Shown here: positions 1 to 13,878 of the stretch, one piece after another
How positions within the stretch are numbered: the first letter of the stretch is position 1
Layout: each line of letters begins with the position of its first letter
Assembly: GCF_006345805.1 (NCBI RefSeq)
Contig: NC_043002.1
Span: 36,518,001-36,582,000 of the forward strand
From: Octopus sinensis
Lineage: Eukaryota
DNA: 64,000 nucleotides
Direction of reading: 5' to 3'
Notes under the pieces: generated by a model
What the model was told of the DNA's origin: nothing
The model's database searches: none
Seen by the model: only the letters and a program-made list of their open reading frames with translations
Translations under genes and position numbers: made by a program

Positions 1-575
1 AGGACTTATTCTTTGTAAGCCTAGTACTTATTCTATCGGTCACTTATGCAGAACTGGGGGACGTAAATACACCAGTATCAGTTATCAAGCAATGTTGGGG
101 AGAGAAACACAGACACACACACATATATATATATAGGTCCAACCCATGCTAGCATGGAAAGTGGACGCTAAACGATGATGATGATGACACACACATATAT
201 ATATGTGCATGTCTACCAAATCCATTCATAAGGCTTTGGTAAGCTCGAGGCTATAGAAGAAGACACTTACCCAAGGTACCACACAGTGGGACTGAACCCA
301 GAACCATGTGGTTGGTAAGCAAGCTACATACCACACAGCCACTCCTGCACCTATGTGTATACATATACATACATACACAACACATATTCTTTCAGTCATC
401 AGCCTACATCCAAACTGTGGAGCTCCTCTCAAGGATTTTGTTGATTATAAAAACTCCAGTACTTTTAAGTCTGATACTTAGTTTGATGATTGTTATTTGT
501 TGGAATACTAAGTTATGGACATAAACAATACCTGATTTACAGTAGTATAAATATGAACAGACATTTGTGCACACT

Positions 576-607
<32 letters not shown>

Positions 608-1424
608 CAGGGCTTCAGCACAGTTTCTGATTCTGAAATTTCGTTCACAAAGACAATTACCCAATGTACCAGTTACTGGGAACGAACCCAAAATACACAG
701 TTGCAAAGTGAACTCCAAAATCACTCAGCCATGCCAACGCTTACATAAACAATATTCTATTCACCTTGTACTTTGAGGGTCTATCCTTACACATTACCAC
801 TATTTTATTTCTCCAGCTCTACCTTGTTGACTCTCACCCATTCTTCTATAATGTGAGTAACCATGTAGCTTCTCTACAGCAAGAAACCATTTCTATACTG
901 GCACTTTCTCTCATCTAGTATAAAATGGCCTCTCTCAGTTTAAGTGGATCTTAGTCTTGAAAGGTGATGTTGCAAGTGAGAGTGTCATGAAAAAAAGCAG
1001 CCAGTATATTTTGGAAAGTGTTAGGCATTAAGAAGGGCATCCAGTCATAGAAACCTTGCTAAAGCAGATATTGGAGCAGTCCTCAAAACCTATTGGATCT
1101 TGTCAAACCATCTGACCTATGCCAGTATTGAAGATGGGCATTAAATGTTCATCTTCAATACAATCAAAGGATGATGATGATAGCAGTATATCTTTAATCT
1201 TTTATTCGTTTCAATCATTAGACTACGGCCATGCTGGGGCACAGGCTTGAAGAATTTTAGTCGGAAAAATCAGCCCCAGTACTTTTTTTCAAGCCTGGTG
1301 CTTATTCTATTGGCCTCTTTTGCCAAACCACAAAGTTATGGGGACATAAACACACCATACACAAGGTGTCAAGTGGTGGTGGGGAACACAGACACAAAGA
1401 CACACACACATATACATACATACA

Positions 1425-1727
1425 TAAAAAGCACCATCCGAATCGTGGCCGAAGCCAGTGCCGCCTCGACTGGCTTCCGTGCAGGTGGCACGTAAAATGC
1501 ACCAATCCGACCATAGCCGATGCCAGCCTTGCCTGGCTCCAGTGCAGGTGGCACGTAAAAAGCACCCACTACATTCACGGAGTGGTTGGCGTTAGGAAGG
1601 GCATCCAGCTGTAGAAACATTGCCAGATAAGACCGGAGCCTGGGGCAGCCTTCTGGCTTCCCAGATCCCTGGTCGAACCGTCCAACCCATGCTAGCATGG
1701 AGAACGGACGTTAAACGACGATGATGA
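1425..1727 (+). mobile_element. RTE LINE 3' UTR fragment with hairpin modules and (GAT)n tail
   Basis: Nearly identical to the 3' end of the 42701-43570 copy, where it follows an RTE ORF2 C-terminus. Confidence 0.8.
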
Positions 1728-2820
1728 TATATATATATATATACACAAGCTTCTTTCAGTTTCCATGTATCAAATCTCCATGCAAGGCTTTGGTCTGCCC
1801 AAGGCTATGGTAGAAGACACTGGCTCAAGACACCACACAGTGGGACTAAACCTGGAACCATGTGGTTGGAAAGCAAACTCCTTATCACACAGTGACACCT
1901 GCACCTTACACACAAACTCTCTCTCAACATTAATTACATGTTTCAAGTATAGATTACTATTTCACAAGTAAAAAAAAAATAGAGTCTGTGTTAAATAAAG
2001 AGGAAGTGATTGAAAACAGTGAATTTATACAAATATTTGTTTGCAGAATCATAATCCTCAAAGTTTAAATTTGAAGAAATTAAAAAAAAAGCTCTGCTGC
2101 ATATTTTATAAATATCTTATATATTAAATACATATTTTTCCATGTGTCACAGCTGTAATGCCTTTGTGTTATTTTCTTTCCAAGTGAATTGTTATGCAAA
2201 TAATATTTCAAAGAAGAAACCTATTACAAATAGCATAAACATTGTGAATGAAATAAATTTATGCAGAACTTCATTGATTTTCATTTAAGCAGTTCTCCAC
2301 CAACCACGTGCTCTATTTCTTAGGCAACACTAGGTACCTTTCTACCCTTCTAGCATGTGTGTATGTGTAATTTACAAGCATGACATGTATACTGACTTAG
2401 CTGCTTGTTCACCAACACATATTATACACATAAAAAATAATATAAAAGCATAAGCCAACACAAACAAGCATGTCCTTGATACTGCTCACATACACATGAG
2501 CTGCACCTGCCTACCTCGGCTGCTATGGCATTGAGGCAGATCCAGCCACCCTCATTAATGGGGACAAAACACTGGATGATGATGATGATATATATATATA
2601 CAGGTGATAATACACACATACATCTATACATATCTCCAGCCTTTCACGTCAGTGCATGCTTTAGGTATGTGTTTATGCACTCACACCCACATGTATATAC
2701 TGTGTACACATTTTAGCAAGCAAATACATACACACACACACACACACATATATATATAAACCACACGTGAATCGTTGGCAATTTTCTTCTTCCGTCTTCC
2801 TTTCTATTGGACTTTCCTCA

Positions 2821-2855
2821 GTTTCTGAAGAAAAGCATTGCTCGAAACGTTAAAC
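2821..2855 (+). ncRNA. Degenerate minimal hammerhead ribozyme motif (Penelope-associated type)
   Basis: GUUU-CUGAAGA-A-AAGC auu GCUC-GAAA-CG-UU-AAAC: 4-bp stem I, stem II with a mismatch at the first pair. Confidence 0.5.
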
Positions 2856-2955
2856 CACTTTTCTTTCCTTCCCCGAGCATCTGCTAATACTTTACATGTA
2901 CCACATCTTTGCACTGTTGTGTTTTTTGTTTGTTGTTCTTATTTTTTTGGATTTA

Positions 2956-2997
<42 letters not shown>

Positions 2998-3540
2998 GCC
3001 TTAAGCACACACACATCTACTAACATCACACATATTCATATCTTCAAAATCATTACTTCATTTAACATCCACTTTTCCATGTTTGCATGGGTTATATGAA
3101 ATTTGCTGAGCAAGATTTCCTTTGACCAGATGCCATTCCAGTTGCCAAGCCTCACCTGTTTTCAAAGGTAATATTTCCTAAAATCCAGATGTTCTTTTCA
3201 CAGAAGAGCAGAAACGAACATCACTTGCATGAAGATGCTCAACTACAACCATCGTATGACGTCAAGACAAGGGTATGTATGTACTCACATATATGCACAT
3301 ACAACAGGCTGATTTCAGTTTCTGTCTACCAAATTTACTCACAAGGCTTTGGCTGAGTCTAGGGTTACAGGTGACACTTGCCTGAGGTACAACACAAAAG
3401 GACTGATCCCAAGGACCAAGGTTGAGAAGCAAGCCTTTGAAGTACATGGTTATGCCTGTGCATTTCCCCGCCACAAAAAAAAAACATCAAGAATGCAACA
3501 ATACATCTTGGGAAGCATGCACACATATTGGAATGTTCAT

Positions 3541-4625
3541 TATCATCATCATCATCATCATTTAACATCTCTTGTCCATGCTAGTGAGGGTTGGCAAGCT
3601 GGAAGGCAGCATCAGACTCCAGTCTAATTTGGCATGATCTCTACGGCTAGATGTCCTTCCTAAAGCCAACCACTCAGAGAGTGTAATGGGTGCTTTTACA
3701 TGCTATTTGCATGATACCAGTACCTGCCATGACTGTGATTTTACTTGGTTTGATGGGTCTTCTTCTCAAGCATGGCAGAATGCCAAAGGTTTTGGTCATT
3801 CGTCATTGCCAATGTGAGGCTCTAAACTTGAAAGGAGCTTTTCACATGCCACCATTGGCATAGGCTGCTTTGCTTCCATGAAGCCCTACACTTGAAAGGT
3901 GCTTTTTACGTGCCAGTAATGTGTGACACCAGCATCGGCCACAACTATGATTTCACCTGGCTTGATGGGCCTTCTCACGCACAGCATATCGCCAAAGGTC
4001 TCAGTCACTAGTCATTGCCACTGTGGGGCCCAAAGTTCGAAGATCATGCTTCACCACTTCATCCAATGTCTTCCTTGGTCTACCACTACCACAGGTTCCC
4101 TCTAGAGTTTGGTACTTCTTTACACAGCTGTCCTTGTCCATATGCATCACATGACCATAACAGTGCAGTCGTCTCTTTTGCACATCACATCTGGTGCCTC
4201 TTATGCTCAACTTTTCTCTCAAGATGCTTACACTGTTGTACGTGCACACTGACATTGCACATCTAGCAAAGCACACTGGCTTCATTTCATTCAAGCCTAT
4301 GCAGGTCCTTGGCTGTCACAGCCCATGTTTCACTGCCATATAGCATAGCTGTTTGCACACATCATCATACAATCTGCCTTTCACTCTGAGGGAGAGGCCC
4401 TTTGTTGCCAGCAGAGGTAGGAGCTCTCTGAACTTTTCCCAGCCAATTCTTATTCTAGTAGCTACACCCACGGAGCATCCACCTCCACTACTAATTTGGT
4501 CACCTTGATAACAGAAGCTATCTACTACCTCTTGCTTTCTCCTCTGGTAGTTGATGGAGTCTATTTTTTGTATATTTTTGGTGTTTATTGTACCTGTGCA
4601 TCTTTCACACACAAAAGCTATTTTT
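3541..4625 (-). mobile_element. 5'-truncated, decayed RTE LINE (ORF2 C-terminus plus 3' UTR)
   Basis: ORFs contain DSFCY.GD.ISSGGG, RIGWEKFRELLPLL and GRPRKT motifs; (GAT)n tail at about 3544-3560. Confidence 0.85.
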
Positions 4626-5858
4626 TTCTGTTAACCTTAAATAATGATCATGATGATGATAACTTGGGAATAATGTTGGGAAAACAAAGTTAAGTTCATT
4701 ATAAACATTATCAAGCTAATGTAGAATATTATCAGAGACTTGTTATGTTGGTGTTGAATTACACTTGAAATTATAAAATTACCATGTAGTGCAAAGTCCT
4801 AGAAATCAGGTGATTGACTGCACTTTGATCATAAAGTGAAATTCTGCCTACAACCACAGAAGAGTCAACAAAATATAGGATTGACAGATATATAAATATG
4901 AGTGAGAGGGGTTTAAATAGAAATATTAAATTGATTTAAGCTTCCTAAGTGCATCCATCAATCACATGTTTAACTGACAATGTATTGTTCTAAAGTCTAA
5001 ACTTCACCATAGAATCAAGTGATTTTTAAGGTTATAAATGCATTCAACTATTGTTATATTTATTTATTGTTTGTTTGTTTGCAGGAACATAAATATGGAG
5101 AAATAGTTGAATAGGTATAGCTGTCATGGCACTTATTTTTCATATAAGCTAAGTAAGATAACAATTTTTGAGCTTATAGGTCTGTGGTTCAAATCTTGTG
5201 CAGGTCAATTAAGCCTTATATTCATCCTGTATTGATGAAATAAACACTTGATCAATCAGAAAAAATGGCTTTGATTTGAATACATATTTGACAAAATATT
5301 TTGGCAGTTTGCAGTTATCTTTTTTGTTTTACTTTTTTCTGACACTGGACTGTGGCCAATTGGGGCACTGCCTTGAACAAATTAATGGCAGTATTTATTT
5401 TTTAAGCCTGACAATTATTCTATTGGTTTCTTTTCCTAAACTGCTAAGTTATGGGGATGTAAAGAAACCAACACCAGTTGCCAAACAGTGGTGGGAGATA
5501 AATATAACACAGACAGACACACACAAATATATATATATATATATATATATGAGACAGAGTAAGTTTCTTTCAGTTTCTATCTACTAAATCCACTCACAAG
5601 GCTTTGGTCAGCCTGGGGCTGAACCAATTAATAAATATAACAATAGTTGAAGACACTTGCCCAGTGGGACTGGAACCCAAGAAAACAAGCTTCTCAACCA
5701 CACAGCTATGACTGTGATTGGTAACTTTAAATTATGCAGTTATTCTTGAAAAAAAAATCTCAATCTCAGTGCATTACAAATTTAAAAGAAGAATTAGCAA
5801 TTTACATAAAATTGAAATATGACTAGAAAAGGCAATATGCACAAATATACACACTTAC

Positions 5859-6035
5859 TTCAAGAGCATAGGGCTGACAAATAGCAATATGTCATGAATC
5901 AACTTGAAAAATATAGCTAAAAGTATTTTGTCCCCAAATGCTCTTAATAAGCATTTTACAAGGCTGGATTTTTTTCCACCAACAACCTTGATGTCATCTG
6001 TGTTATTCTTTAAAAGGTGTTCCTCATTATGAGTC
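5859..6035 (-). CDS. ABCC1: ABCC/MRP1-like exon 8 (THNEE...SLVKCLLRAFGDKILLAIFFKLIHDILLFVSPMLL), start of TMD1
   Basis: ttccag|G acceptor, AA|gtaagt donor, 177 nt. SL.K.L..FG....FFK.IHD...F.SP.LL motif. No further exon was found in 1-5858. Confidence 0.92.
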
Positions 6036-7363
6036 CTGGAAATATGAAAAACAGAAGCAAAAATCAACAACTTATTTAAATAGAAATTACTCACTCAAAT
6101 GCAACTACATACACACTATCCAATTCATGCTAGCATAGAAAAAAACAGAGGTAAACAATAAACAGATAAATGGCTTAACATCTCCATACTTCCAAATAAT
6201 AATCCATTCAATGATGCTATTGTCCTAACAAGTAGCGTATCACTAACTTAAGTCAGTAATAAAAAATTATATATATCTTAAAGAACTTCACTTGAAAATG
6301 CATACATATTTACGTTGTTTATATTACAAACCAAATATTTTATATGATGGTAGGTCAAATATTATAAGCACTCTTGTTTCTGTAATTGATTGAAACAAAA
6401 CCAGTGGTTACAGTTATATGCATAAAACCTTAAAATGTATTTGGTATGAGAAACTCCTAGCTAAACTGCTTGCCCATATTCTATAATGTCTCATAGCTTG
6501 GATTAGGAATTTCTTGTAAGATTGAACTATTGTAGCATTTGCCAACAGAGCTCCCTCTAACTCCCATTCTATTAACTCAGGATGTATCCTTAAGATTCAG
6601 TAATGTTTTCCACACTTCTTTCTGTACATTAAAGCCCTACCTGAGACGCTATAGTTCACTCATCATTAACCTTCTGCACACAACTGTCATCCATACAAAC
6701 TAAATGCTTCCTGACAGATATACTGAATCTATGAACAGAGACCTTGAGAGTATCCAAGCATCTTCCCATAGAGGATATAACTTTGTATAGTTGAACAGCA
6801 CAAAACCTCAATCACAACATATAAGCTGAGGCTATACATATGCAAGTTAAAATTGGAGTCTGATGCAGCCCTGCAGCTCATTGGTTCCCTGTCAAACCAT
6901 CCTACCATGTCAGCATGAAAAACAGATATCAAATGATGACGATGAAACTAATATCACTGAACACATCTGAGAAGCCATTTAACTGTTTAGCAAATCCCAC
7001 TCGCCTCCCAACAGCAACACAATACAAGGAAAAGAGAAATAGCTTACAGAAGTGTTATTTGTTCTCTTTGCCTCTTGTATTGCTACTAGAATGTGACAAG
7101 TTGGCAGAATCATTTGAGTATCAGACAAAATATTTGTTCCTACCCTCTCCATTCTGAATTAAAACTAACAGTCCAGTCCAGTACAGATGTTGATTCTTCT
7201 CCATCTCTCTCTCACTGAAAGAAATCAGCTGTGGTCAGACATGGAGAGAGATGGGTTCCAGCAAATTTAAAAACATTACCACTACACTGGCCTCTGCTTC
7301 TCTGGCTAGCTGCATACACTCACAATATCTTTTCATCTCCTTCATACTATTCTGTCATCTTAA

Positions 7364-8393
7364 CCCTTTTGTTACTATATTTCTGACCAAAATACACACC
7401 TTATGTGTTTCAATTAATTTCTAACATAATCATAAATTTAGTCTGGTTTCATTAAACAACTATAACTTTTTTATTTATCAATATATTAACGTGAATTTTG
7501 GAAGATAATTTAATGAAATGTTCTCAACCAATTCTATACTATAATTTTTGTCACAAAGTGACTCTAATTGCAGGTAGATACAGGTAAATTCAACAAAATA
7601 TAAAATTATTAAAATTTTTGTTCAAACATCGCTATAGAAAATGGGTTATTAGCTAATATTCAATTGGGTATACAACAAAATTTTACTATAGAATTTGTTA
7701 TTCTGGGTAACTTTCTGATACCCATAATAATATTTATGGCAAAATAGTCTTAATTTCATTTAAGGTTGTGGGAAACCACAAAGTACCCTTTCTTTCGCTT
7801 TGTTTACATTTAGCGTAATGGTTCGTTTCCGCTGTAATGATTTCAAATAGGCTCATTCGAAAAAGTAAAAAGAAATAGTCTAAGGCTTTACTTTACTCTC
7901 CTGGGAAAGATTGTGGCTTGGTCCAGTTTCTTCAGAAAAATCACTGAAAGAAACAGTTTTTAAATTTTCACTCCATTCAGGTGCCAATTCATTTTCTTTA
8001 TTGCTGTCGGAGCTTTCGGATTCACTGTTTCATTTTCGGAAAATGAAACATTGGATTCATTATCAAATACCACGTGCTTTTTTTTTTCAGTCATAGAGTT
8101 AGATTTATGAAGGTCTCCAGTAGAAAAGCCTTTGAATTCTGACTCGCTGCTTGATATAATGAAATTCGTATCCATTTTTTGTCAGAATTACAAATTTTGA
8201 AAACACAATAGGAACAAATTTCGTAAAAAAATCTCCCAAAATTCACGGAATTAAAATTACACTTCGATCGTTGTACAACGAATGTACTAAAGAGATTTGC
8301 TCTGATATTCTCATTTAAATATGAATAGGTAAATACGGGCGGGTTTGGTCACATAAACCTAAATTTTTTTCGGGCGGCTTGGTAACGAAAGGG
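7364..8393 (-). mobile_element. piggyBac-like non-autonomous element
   Basis: TTAA at 7360-7363 and 8394-8397; TIRs CCCTTTTGTTAC and CCCTTTCGTTAC (11/12); Ser/acidic 71-aa ORF (7960-8175) near one end. Confidence 0.75.
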
Positions 8394-8669
8394 TTAATAT
8401 TATAAAGTAAAAGTCAACTTTTTATAAAATAAACCTAAATTTTTCACATATCTTGCCCTAAGCACTTTTCCCAAAACTTTTTACTCAGAACTGTGATCTT
8501 TCTGGAATTTCCTCTGGTAGGCTTGCAAAGGCTATGGGATTTGCTCCAAAAACACACATATAAATGTGAATTTATTCAAGAAGACTTAGATACAACAAAT
8601 CTGATACACAAGTTAAACTTTATCTCATTGAAAACTCTGTGAAATACATTCTATTTCCAGCTAATTGTA

Positions 8670-8712
<43 letters not shown>

Positions 8713-8998
8713 ACTATCATAACAATCATCAGTGTAGTCCTAAAATCAAAGTATACTACTCTGTACAAGGCAATTTCTTACCAACCCATGTTTGATTCTA
8801 AGCTCTTCAAAATTTTGTGCTAACAATACCAATACTACTAAGCTCTGAGACAGATTATCATGAACTTACATAATACACTGCTCTTTGTAGATATAAAAGA
8901 AAACGAGTACTGAATACTATTAAATTGAAAAGCTAGTGCCAACTGACATCTTTGACCTATGATCCATGATACAAATGCTCAAGGAAATAGTTACTTAC

Positions 8999-9130
8999 TT
9001 TACATGCTTTTTTGATTCTTCTTGCCAATATTTGTTGAAATATACAACAATCTCTTTAGAAGTTAAGTAAGAATTTAATGTCCACAAGTCTTTGAATTCA
9101 AGACTTTTACGGTAACCTTTTACCAGTAAT
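8999..9130 (-). CDS. ABCC1: ABCC/MRP1-like exon 7 (LLVKGYRKSLEFKDLWTLN...YWQEESKKHV)
   Basis: ttacag|A acceptor, AA|gtaagt donor, 132 nt, phase 2/2. KGYRK.LE..DLW.L motif. Confidence 0.93.
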
Positions 9131-9504
9131 CTGTAAAACAAATGATTAGTAAATATTACTTCATAACATAATCCAGTGTTAAAACAATTGGACATCATAT
9201 TCAGTTAGTAAGTTCTTCAGTTTGAGTTCATTAATTGTTAATTGAGGCACAATGCTTTGAAGTTCCTTTTATCCTTACATACATCTTACACTTATTCATG
9301 CCCGTGAGGAATAAATTACAGAACTTGAGAACTTATTAAAAAAAATCCTTTTGTGTGAAAATACAGTCACTTTCTAAATATACTTTATAATTTAATTTAC
9401 CATTGAAGTTTACAATGAATATATAATGAAAGACATTCAGGTTATTTATTGTTAATTGTCACAACTTTACTGTCATTATTGCTCAAGATCCTTTATGTGA
9501 TCTT

Positions 9505-9945
9505 ACTTGTACTTGTACTCGTGACGACTTTCACCCTGGGCGGGTTAAGTTGGCATCTCGACCATGGCAGCCCGCGCATGACAGTCCTGCACCAGTTCAC
9601 TGGAGATAGCGAGCCAGTCAGTTCCATCAGCGCAGGTCAACCACCTGCGGTCCCGTGAGCACGGAGAGGTCCTCCTTGATCGTCGTAACCCAGGTCTTCA
9701 GCTGCCCGCCTGCGCGTTTCTGCCAGTTGGGAAGTGGAGTTGGGAGAAGGACATCACGGCTCAGTTCACCCACCGGACGCCTACATGCATGGCCAAACCG
9801 CCGCTGCAGAAGGACAGATGCAAAGTCCATCCCCTCCTCACCGTGGTGGGGACACTGGCAACGGGTAGTGTCAGAGCTATGCCGTCGGGTACTTCGGTTC
9901 CTGGTAGGGCCACCCAAGGCGGATTGGTCTGACATTGAGTGGTAT
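9505..9945 (-). mobile_element. RTE-like LINE 3' fragment of a second family
   Basis: GC-rich island; R.FGH.CRRP...GGQLKTWVTTIKEDL motif; short (AGTACA)n tail at about 9505-9520. Confidence 0.7.
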
Positions 9946-10304
9946 TAGTGTGTTTATATCCCTTTAACTTAGCAGTTCAGCAAAAAAGACTGATAAAATA
10001 AGTACCAGACTTAAAAATAAAGTAAGTACAGGGATCAATTAGTTTGACTATAATTCCTCAAAGTGGTGCCCCAGCATGACCACAGTCTAATGGATGAAAG
10101 AAGATAAAAGATAAGGTTGTAAGTGGTTCTATGCTCCATGGTAAAAGTGCTTGTGTTTGACAAGGATGAGTAATGGCTGAAGCAGCTGGGAGGATTCCTA
10201 ACAGAGATTTGAATTGTTAAAATCTGAAGATAGAATCTTTAGTGTTTATCTTAGAAGTCACTAAATGAGAGTTAGATCTTTGGTATAAGTATAAAAATAC
10301 TTAC

Positions 10305-10366
10305 GGTGTTACCCACCAGAAGGAAATATTAGACAAAAAGGATGCTCGTTCCTCTGGACAGACATT
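10305..10366 (-). CDS. ABCC1: ABCC/MRP1-like exon 6 (NVCPEERASFLSNISFWWVT), L0 linker
   Basis: ttttag|AAT acceptor, CC|gtaagt donor, 62 nt. CPE..ASFLS.I.FWW is the ABCC L0 signature. Confidence 0.93.
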
Positions 10367-11553
10367 CTAAAATGAAAATTTCAGGAAAATAAGTATACAA
10401 ATAGCAAACTAGTTTGTTAAGAAAATCTATATTAGAGATGGAAGTAGTAGTTATACCGAGAAGTAATGTTTATCGCCATTTAAAAGTGGGTGTTCTTAAG
10501 AACAGAGAATACTGTAATTTTAATCCCAGGAGGACATACATTTGTCACTCTCCATGTGATACCACAAGCTAAGAGAAATACTATGTAATTAAACCATTAC
10601 ATTTTCTGAGAATGGCTGGAAAGTTAAATATAGTATGTATTGTAAAAGACAGAATGCAGTACAAATTTAAATTACTTTTTTCCTAAAATTGTGCATAGCT
10701 GACACAAGCATTTTCCTGGTGTACAGTTGTCATTGCTAAATAATATTTGATGGCATTGCTGGAAAAAACAGACTACCGGCATCAGTTGTTAGTTGTCAGA
10801 GAACTGCATCCTTCAAAACTTCCATGCTTCCTGGGATTCGCCAACACTACACCTGATTTTCTCCCCTCCATACACACGCAAGCATGTATCTGACTCATGC
10901 ATTATTCGCTTTCCAGACATTTGTACATTACTGCATATACTTTATACGCACTTTTTGACAAGTTGTGGTGCACCTGAGCACTGTATACAATAATTTCATT
11001 ATTATTATTATTATTATAGATAACTTCACAGTAGAGAATACATGATACCAGCATGAAAGAGCTAAAGGTAAATAAATGTCCTTCAGCTATGTTCCTAGAA
11101 ATGGTCTGTTGGGAGTCCAATAATTAGGGGTTTAACAAATATTTGTACCTTCATACTATTAAGGTTGATGGGTTAAAAGATGTTTCCAATTTTATAACAT
11201 GGTTCAAGTGAATAAACAAAGGTATGTTGTGAATGTTTAGTAGCAAAATAGCTGTTAATAACATGGTAACAGTCTTCTTGGAATTTACTCAGAATCACTA
11301 ATAATGTAATCTCTTTTAATGTAGCAATCTTGAACAAAAGATGACAGAAAATTAGTGATGTACCAGTATTAGCATTAGTAATAACAATTTAAGAACTCAT
11401 GCATCCTATGCAAAAGAATATGCAGTGCAATATCTGTACATACTGCCATGCAGTACATACATATATTGTATGTAGTACCATGCATAAAGCCATGTAAAAG
11501 TGGTTAAAATACAATCTTCATTTTGCAACATTTAAAACTTGAATAATACTCAC

Positions 11554-11676
11554 AGAAGGTACAGATTCTGGAGTTTTTCCTTCATCCAAGAGGCAAGAAA
11601 GTAAAAATTCTATCACTATGAATGCATAGGTAATATAGAAGATAATATTGTTGAACACATTCTCAGCTTTATTCTC
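11554..11676 (-). CDS. ABCC1: ABCC/MRP1-like exon 5 (ENKAENVFNNIIFYITYAFIVIEFLLSCLLDEGKTPESVPS)
   Basis: tttcag|GAG acceptor, TCT|gtgagt donor, 123 nt. F..I.FY...LSC..D pattern at the end of TMD0. Confidence 0.9.
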
Positions 11677-12053
11677 CTGAAATACATAAAGACAGATTCA
11701 GTATAACATATTTTTAAGCATTCTGATAAAAATCATATCAAATTAGAAAAAGACAAGCTGTAATAAATCATCTTTCATTTATATCTGCTGTTAGACTGTG
11801 GCCATGCTGGTGCACTGCCTGGAAGGATTTAATTGAACAAATCAACCTCAGTACTGATTTTTTAAAGTCTGGTACTTATTCTATCTGTCGCTTTTCCCAA
11901 ACTTCTCAGTTATGGGGACATAAACCAACACCAGTTGTCAAGCAATGGTTAAGGGACAAACTCAATAACACACTCACACACAACAGACTTCCACAGTTTC
12001 TGCCAACCAAATTCACTCACAAGGCATAATTCAGTCTGGGGCTATGGTAGAAG

Positions 12054-12991
12054 TGTAGCATAGACTCTATATATGCGCACATTCGAATGTAACAAGTAAC
12101 AGCTAGCCTTTGGTTGCTGTTTGTATCCTGTTGTGTCAACTACTCTGATTGGTTGGCATTGGTGCAATTTGTCTCCTACTCTGAGGTGCCAACTACCACA
12201 AATAGCCAGTCAGAGACTTTAGATAGCATCATGTGAACAACCTTTTTCAAACCCTTTTCGAGCCTACTGCTCTCTATAAAAACCCAGCTTTTTCTTCATT
12301 ATATTTCTTTGGTTTCAGACCTTTTAAGGTCTAACCACTGACCTCACAAGACACAGCCAGTTCCAGTGACAACACCACAGTAGCCACATTGAGACTCACC
12401 AACTTCGTCCAACAGCATTTGGTGATCTCCATCTCCATCGCCACCATCGTCTTAACATCAACATCTCTACATACACAACTCAACAAGCAACTCACCCAGG
12501 TTCCAACATTTCACTGTTCGTGAATTACTTCACCATAGATCAACAGTGAATATACAACCTGTGAGATCTCCTGTACCAAGTGACCCTGGAAACAGCATCA
12601 GAGCCACAACTTCATGTACTACAACTGGCTCAGCATCATGGCTATAACTTCTTGATACGGTATTTCAACTACCGTGTACAATTGACTACGAACTGTTATT
12701 CTCATTCTTGTGTCTATGAACATTCTTCTAACTTCTCATTATAAACTTTTTCACTGTTTTCTTCTTCATTGCTATTCTTATATGTACTTAACACACATGC
12801 ATACATCTATGCCTATACACACATACACAAGTTAACATATCAATAAATCTTCTCTTAAACATTCTACTCTGTTGTGTGTCTTTTTTCCCTCTGGCACATA
12901 TATGTAGTATCCAATTCTTCTTTATTGAATCGGCCGTATGATGTGGTACTAAAGAGCCATTCTCGTTACCACCCTTTGCACGGTCCTTACA
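12054..12991. mobile_element. Solo LTR inserted in a SINE
   Basis: Termini TGTA...TACA; 4-bp TSD GAAG (12050-12053 and 12992-12995). Removing it restores the SINE motif ggtagaagacacttg. TATAAAA near 12276 and AATAAA near 12842 on the plus strand. Confidence 0.75.
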
Positions 12992-13254
12992 GAAGACACT
13001 TGTGGTGGGATTGAACCTGACACCACATGGTTGCAAAGTGAAGTTCTTAATTAGTCATGCTTGTGCCTATGAGGTAAAGCAGTGCTCATGACTCTTCCTG
13101 GGTCTCTGAGACATATAGGAGAGGGAAGGAAGTTTTCCTTAGACTGGAAATCTGGTTTGAATATTTGTGAAAGTTGACTCAATTGAAAGCACTCAAGGAT
13201 CAAATGGAGGTACTGAAGCAGGCAAATGGGTTAATTCCATTTCTTAAAAACAAG

Positions 13255-13527
13255 AATTGGCCAGTGCCGCCTGACTGGCTCTCGTACCAGTGGCACATAA
13301 AAAGCACCATTCAAGCATGGTTGATGCCAATACCACCTGACTGGCCCTCATGCCGGTGGCACGTAAAAAGTACCCACTACACTCTCGGAGTGGTTGGCAT
13401 TAGCTGTAGAAACCTTGCCAGATTAGATTGGAACCTGGCACAGCCTTCTGGCTTGCCAGTCCGCAGTCAAACCATCCAACCCATGCCAGCATGGAAAGTG
13501 GACATTAAACGACAATGATGATGATGA
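13255..13527 (+). mobile_element. RTE 3' UTR fragment with two hairpin modules
   Basis: Same terminal sequence and (GAT)n tail as the other RTE copies. Confidence 0.8.
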
Positions 13528-13786
13528 AGAATAGTTTTTTGCCATAAAAAATTTTTTATGCACTGCAAGAGACTTTTAACCTTTAATAGCCTCTGCAATG
13601 AAGAGCAGAGACCATTACAGTAGTGGTAGAAAAGACAGAGAGAGGAGACACAATACCTGAGGGCCAGAGCATATCTGTAAGTGATTTTACACCGATTCTT
13701 TAAATACCTTTCCTTGATGCAGTCTAAGATGATTGCGTGTGCAGCAGATGCACTATCTCAGATCAGATGTGTGTGTGAGAAAAAGA

Positions 13787-13789
<3 letters not shown>

Positions 13790-13876
<87 letters not shown>
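13790..13876. repeat. (GA)n microsatellite
   Basis: About 40 uninterrupted GA units; source of the spurious poly-ER ORF. Confidence 0.95.

Positions 13877-13878
<2 letters not shown>

Noticed and set aside
1-5858. ABCC exon 9
   Set aside because: No minus-strand segment with suitable splice sites and TMD1-like sequence was found; it is probably left of the window.
7960-8175. Extra ABCC exon between exons 7 and 8
   Set aside because: It lies inside the TTAA-flanked element, has no ABCC similarity, and exons 7 and 8 already join in frame.
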